A DNA stretch of 64,000 nucleotides, from NCBI RefSeq assembly GCF_009914755.1, contig NC_060930.1, one strand, 5' to 3'. The notes beneath the pieces were generated by a model. The model was not told where the DNA came from and did not search any database. It was given only the letters and a program-made list of their open reading frames with translations. The stretch is from the human T2T-CHM13v2.0 reference genome, Homo sapiens. The translations under genes and the position numbers were made by a program. This document shows, in pieces, positions 54,226 to 64,000 of the stretch; within the stretch, counting starts at the first letter, position 1, and every line of letters begins with the position of its first letter.

Positions 54226-55585
54226 TGTATAAGTTCAGATTTCTGTTAATGAGAAATTACAACCCTACAAGGTAAGGTCTTTACATTTTAGTTATTAAGC
54301 AGAATCAATGCTTAAAACTATAGTTAATACTTAGTGGAAAGAAAATTTAATCCATGTATCAGGATAATATATTAGACTGTCATGCATTAATTTTTTCCTG
54401 TATGCCAGGTTTTTTACATACGTGCCATATCAGTTGACCTTTTACAGTAGGAGTATAATTTACATTGTTTTTGACATTGGGGTTAGTATGGTTAAATGTC
54501 CTATAAACTTGAAGCTTGCTTCCATTTTTGTGGGTCTTAACCTCCACCTGGTGCTTGCTATTGGGTGTATTCAGGCATTGAGAAAAATATAAATCGTGAG
54601 GTAAATAATGGTCATGTTTAAACAGAGGCCTTATCATTTAGTGAAGCATAAAAACTGACACTATATAAATGCATCCGTCTAATGAAAAGACCCAGTACTG
54701 AGAAAAACATCCCTTTACTCAAGTGTCAGATGTCAGAGTCTGCTCTAACTGCTCAACTCATAAGTGAATACAACTAAGTAATTTCTGGTCCCCTAAAAAT
54801 AACCATCCTTTTAATTAAAAGTAATTCTTCAGATAGGTTGGGCTACCAATAATTGTCCCTAAACAAAACCAAATGGCGCTTCCTTGTGCTTTTGCTGTGC
54901 CATAGGTTACTATGCAGCTAGCACATGTACCTCTTCCAGAAAAATGAGGTCATCCTGGGAGTGACCCAGAGATGCTCTCTAGGGATGTACCTCTTGATGT
55001 TCTTGTTAACTTTCCACTCTTCAGCTGGATTCCTCTTCCTGTCCCCTTTTCACCAGTCTCTACTCTTGAGAGAAGCTGAGAAGAGAAGGGCTCTTCTCAT
55101 TTGTTATTTTCTCCTGCTTTTAGTATCATCTCACCCGTGGCAGAAGAAAGAGGTTCTTCCCAATTTAACACAAAATAAACTAGTTACTGTTTACAGATAA
55201 TGCCCGCTAATGTTTACTGAAACTGAAACCCTATGATACATTCCATTCCCTTAAGTGTGCCACGCTGCAGGACTGACAAATGAAATCCATCCTACGAAAA
55301 ACAGCCCAGGAACAAGCGAGGCCAAGGCCTGCTTTCCTCTCCGGCCCTTACAGTAGCGTGTGGCTCAGGCCGCATCTTTTCCCTCTAGTTCTTTTGGCAC
55401 AAGTTGTAACCTAATGCGACAAAGGTCCCTCATGAGATGGCTTAAAACTAGCAGTGTCGCTAGGCTCTTTAGGTGTTAGAACAGCCAACTCTACAAAAGT
55501 ATTGGAGGGCACAGAAGGGTGATAGTCTTGGTTTTTATATTTGTCCTTCACTATATAAACATTGAAAAGGTATTAATCCTCATTA

Positions 55586-56108
<523 letters not shown>

Positions 56109-56269
56109 AAGGACTAAGTCACAAGTGATTTGGAATGTGAGGTTATCCCTCACCCCCATGCTTTACTCTGTACTATTTTTCCTCCCTCAGTTTCTTTTTT
56201 TTTTTTTTCTGTATACTATGCTTTCTATTATACTTTGATTGGCATGGGCCAATCTGTTATTTTTAAGTT

Positions 56270-56617
56270 CAACTTTTTTTTAACTTTTAAGTTCAGGGGT
56301 ACATGCGCAGGAAGTGCTGGTTTGTTACATACATAAAGGTGTGTCATGGGGGTTTGTTACACAGATTATTTCATCACCCTAAGTATCCATTAGTTATTTT
56401 TCCTGATCTCTCCCTCCTCCCACCTTCCGCCCTCTCATAGGCCCCAGTGTGTGTTGTTTCCCTCTATGTGTCCACGTGTTCTCATTTAGCTCCCACTTAC
56501 AAGTGAGAATATGGAGTGTTTGGTTTTCTGTTCCTGCAATAGTTTATGAAGGATAATGGCCTCCAGCTCCATCCATGTCCCTGCAAAGGGCATGATCTTG
56601 TTCTTTCTTTATGGCTG
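56270..56617 (-). mobile_element. L1P 3'UTR fragment
   Basis: aacttttaagttcaggggtacatg...tttatggctg. Confidence 0.8.
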
Positions 56618-57065
56618 AACAATTCTTTTTTTAAAAAAGGATGTTTTTAGGAGGAATTGTGTACAGAGACTGTTCTAACAGATAACCACAGAGGGACCTT
56701 TCCAGCCACTGGAAAGACATTCAAGAGGAAGAGGAAATAGGTTGTACAGCAGGTCTGACTACAGGCAATAAGTTGGGAAAGAAGAAAGGTTTAGATGCAA
56801 AGGGAGCGAGGAAGTAAACTGTGGAAGGAGACATGAGTAAGCAGAATGTCTGCTATTTCACATATTTCTGGTGCAGTCATATATTTACTGTATCAGATTT
56901 CCAGAGGGTGTGGCTGTTAGTGTGTCTCTCTACTCCCAGGAGCCCCATGTCTATCAGGATCTACCACCGCTCCACTGGATGTGCCACTTTGTCCATCAAA
57001 ATGCTCACCATGGATGTGATTCAGCATGAGAGAGGTGGGCAGAGTGGGGAAATGCAGTGAAATCT

Positions 57066-57152
57066 TCAATCTGAGCCAAGGCTATAGACGTGAAGTGCCC
57101 CGGAGAGTCGGGCTCCCAAAGAACTCCTTCCAGCAGCAATGACGACTTGGTT
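57066..57152 (-). CDS. GPLD1: GPLD1 (GPI-specific phospholipase D) terminal coding exon
   Basis: cttacag|AAC...GAT TGA; NQVVIAAGRSSLGARLSGALHVYSLGSD* matches the GPLD1 C-terminus. Confidence 0.95.
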   Translation of the reverse strand, partial: NQVVIAAGRSSLGARLSGALHVYSLGSD

Positions 57153-57525
57153 CTGTAAGGGACACAAGACAGAATTCATGGCTCATTCATAACATCTATT
57201 GAGTTCCTATGGTAGTCCAGGCATCATGCTATGCTCTAGAAATATAAAGATGAATAAGACACTGGCCAGATCCCCTGGCTTGAACTCAAATGCCACTTTC
57301 CCTTTGTTTACAGACCGCTTTCTCACATCTATAAGTTCTGAAAACCGCAGCTAAGGATGCTCACCCCAATCCCTATTCTGGCACATAAATCATAAAGGAG
57401 AAGTAGGGCAGTGCATGCTTAGTTCTGGTACAATGTGGAAAACATATCTTGAATAGTAAGGACTTCCCCTAGAAGCTGGCTTTGTCAATGTGTTTAGCGT
57501 ACCTCCCACCTACCCTGCTGCTTAA

Positions 57526-57987
<462 letters not shown>

Positions 57988-59216
57988 TGATCAAACTGGC
58001 TGACAGTATTTTGGTCAGAGCAGGATATGACAGTTTCTTATTTAATTTTGAAAACTACTGATGAAATCTAGAAATAATAATAATAGCTAAAATTTGTTGA
58101 GGTTGTATCATGGGTCAGACACTATGCTTAGCCCTGTGCTTATCTTATCCCTTAATACCCAGTGTCAATTAATAGGGAAAATCTACACTTAAGAAAACAG
58201 CATCAAATGGTACTTTATTCTCCCTCTCTTTCCCAATTTATGGAATTACTCATTTACTAAATTTGCCTGGCCTTCGGCTTCTCTCTGTTTTGTCAGAGTC
58301 TAGTCATCTTTCCAGATGCAGCTCCGGGCCCATGATCTCTGCAGGCCCTTCCCTGACTCCACCAGCAAAGACTTCTGCTGCAGTTGCTGTCTGACCTCGT
58401 TTGGCTCTTGGTCATCATACACCAACCTGGATGGTCTTGTGGGCCTGCTGTATTTTCCCACCTAGACTACAAGCACCTGGGGCTGGGACCATGTCTCAGG
58501 TTTCTTTGTCTATCTCACAGGTGCTTGATACAACACTGCTCACTATACACTAAGTTACTGCTCTGCTGAGGCTCCTGAGCTGATGGAAGGCAGCCCCATG
58601 AGAAGTTTCTGAAATACAGAGACAGTGAGAGCACTACTTAAGTAGACGCCGGATCCTAATTCTAGTTTGTTACGACTAATTTCATTACTGAATGCTCTTA
58701 TGCCACAGAAAGGAAGGAATCTTCAGAACATAACTTGTACCCAAATCTCAGAAAAAGGCCACTCTGATCATCCTCTGATTGTCAATACCCATTTTTGAAA
58801 CATAACATCTGATTTATCTTTACACCCAGAGCGTTCAATGCCCCCAAGCTCAGGTATGTTCTGGAAAAGTGAAGTAATTTTAACACTAACCCAGGTAAAC
58901 AATAATTAGGAAGGTACATTTGCAGTGTTTTACAAAAAGGAATAAAATATAAGTTACTTTTAGATTATATATACCACTACTCTCAACTGATGTAAGCTAT
59001 AGTTGATATATGTATAGTTTTATATAATACATGGGTTCTTGACAATGCCTAATTTTTGAAACAAATAAAATTTTAGATATAAGCCAAGCTTGTCATATAA
59101 AGGATCCCTGTGATCAGACCTTCCGAGAATCTTCCCATAAAGTTAATAACCATATTTTTGTTATGTGGTTAATCCTACATTTTTAGACCTGCCTGTAAAT
59201 GGGTCACTTAAATTAC

Positions 59217-59234
59217 TGGCCACTAGAGGGCAGT
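59217..59234 (+). promoter_or_regulatory. CTCF motif
   Basis: TGGCCACTAGAGGGCAGT, near-perfect CTCF core consensus. Confidence 0.65.
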
Positions 59235-59565
59235 TTCACCACAATTTTTCCTAATCCTCTTCCTCCTCCCACCTTCCACCCTGGTCCACAGGAACCTGGT
59301 CCACAGCACTTAACAAGTCTTACAGACCTGGTTATATATATAAATCTATGAAGGCTTCTGCAGCCCTTCAACCCACTGTAAAGACTTATTCTTCAGACTA
59401 CTCATTAGCATTTAATCCTATACTAATTTGCATTTTATTTGACTTTCCATGTATATGAATCTTATTTTCAAGAACAGGGACTCTGCCCTCTCTGTTTTTA
59501 TTTCTTATAGCCTATACAGTGGATGAATGCAATCAGTGGTTTACAGGTATATTTTAAGGTTAAAC

Positions 59566-60702
<1,137 letters not shown>

Positions 60703-60708
60703 CTAAGG

Positions 60709-61017
60709 CAAGGGCCAGCAAACAATTTTGGAGAACAGGCAGATAATAATACTTAGGCTTTGTGGGGCATCAGTCTCCAAAGCAACCAGTCAGTTCTGCC
60801 ACGGCAGCGCGACGGCAGCCACGCGCAGTCCACAGCAGACGAGCCCGGCTATGTTCCACTACAGCTGTGTGGGCGCTGAAACTGCACTGCCGTTTAAACT
60901 TCATATGTTACAAAACATTCTGTTTTGATTTCTTTTCAACCATCTCAACATGAGCTGACTTTTTTAGTTCATGGCTTTACAAAATTAGGTGGCAGACGAC
61001 TTGGCCCCAACCCCTGC
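60709..61017. mobile_element. MER58-like hAT MITE
   Basis: caagggccagcaaac...ccaacccctg termini. Confidence 0.6.
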
Positions 61018-61217
61018 TGTAGAGGATAAAATAGGAAGAGTAAAAAGGGAAACTTTCCACCAAGGAAGTGATGAGATTATATGTGAATGTTACTTTCTGT
61101 GTGTTCCTCTCCTTTTCAAATAAAAATAAAATCTGAAATAAACCTAACAAGTGAGACCACCAAATCCCACCCGTAGTACTAACATAAACATCAATGAAGT
61201 TCAGTCCTTGGGCTCAC

Positions 61218-61268
61218 CTTTGCCTTGGACCTCACGGTGATGAGGGAGCTCCCAAACCTTGAGCTGGC
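61218..61268 (-). CDS. GPLD1: GPLD1 penultimate exon
   Basis: ttttacag|GCC...AAG|gtgagc; ASSRFGSSLITVRSKAK; 51 nt. Confidence 0.94.
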
Positions 61269-61393
61269 CTGTAAAACATGCCGTCTGTTAATGGGCTTTG
61301 AAGAACATAGTGTAATACTTTATCCGTTTAAAATAAACCAAGGGGCATTGTTTTGGTAATTTTTCTTTCTTCAGTCTTTCAAGGGATACTTAC

Positions 61394-61420
61394 TTCAGGA
61401 GAAATCAATACATATTGGGC
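61394..61420 (-). CDS. GPLD1: GPLD1 27-nt exon
   Basis: ttcttcag|GCC...GAA|gtaagt; AQYVLISPE, in frame with the next two exons. Confidence 0.92.
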
Positions 61421-61424
61421 CTGA

Positions 61425-63916
<2,492 letters not shown>

Positions 63917-64000
63917 TTAAGGAAACTCACCCAAAAAAGGAATAAACAAAGAAATGAAACAAAAAGCAAAAGAGAGGACGTTTTAATGAAACTCCAGTGG

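Overview
Human (hominid-type) genomic DNA, recognisable as the 6p22 DCDC2-MRS2-GPLD1 interval. It holds the complete 11-exon MRS2 gene (+ strand, CDS 31082-51727, 1332 nt, 443 aa, mitochondrial CorA-family Mg2+ channel with the GMN motif) under a CpG-island promoter. It also holds the last three coding exons and 3'UTR of GPLD1 (- strand), whose 3'UTR converges on and probably overlaps that of MRS2. The rest is dense in Alu, L1, L2, MIR, LTR (solo LTR5, LTR8, LTR16, MLT1), SVA and DNA-transposon relics; most entries in the ORF track are Alu/L1 artefacts. The main discovery is in the apparently intergenic 4.9-28 kb. A chain of about 12 minus-strand segments has AG...GT splice borders, mostly compatible phases, and reading frames broken by stops, frameshifts and transposon insertions. 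Their translation resembles, in order, the PARP-like DUF3715, SPOC and PIN-like regions of TASOR/TASOR2 (HUSH complex) as I recall those proteins. This suggests a decayed, unprocessed TASOR-family paralogue lying head-to-head with MRS2. The family call comes from remembered sequences and needs a database check. Repeat boundaries are approximate.
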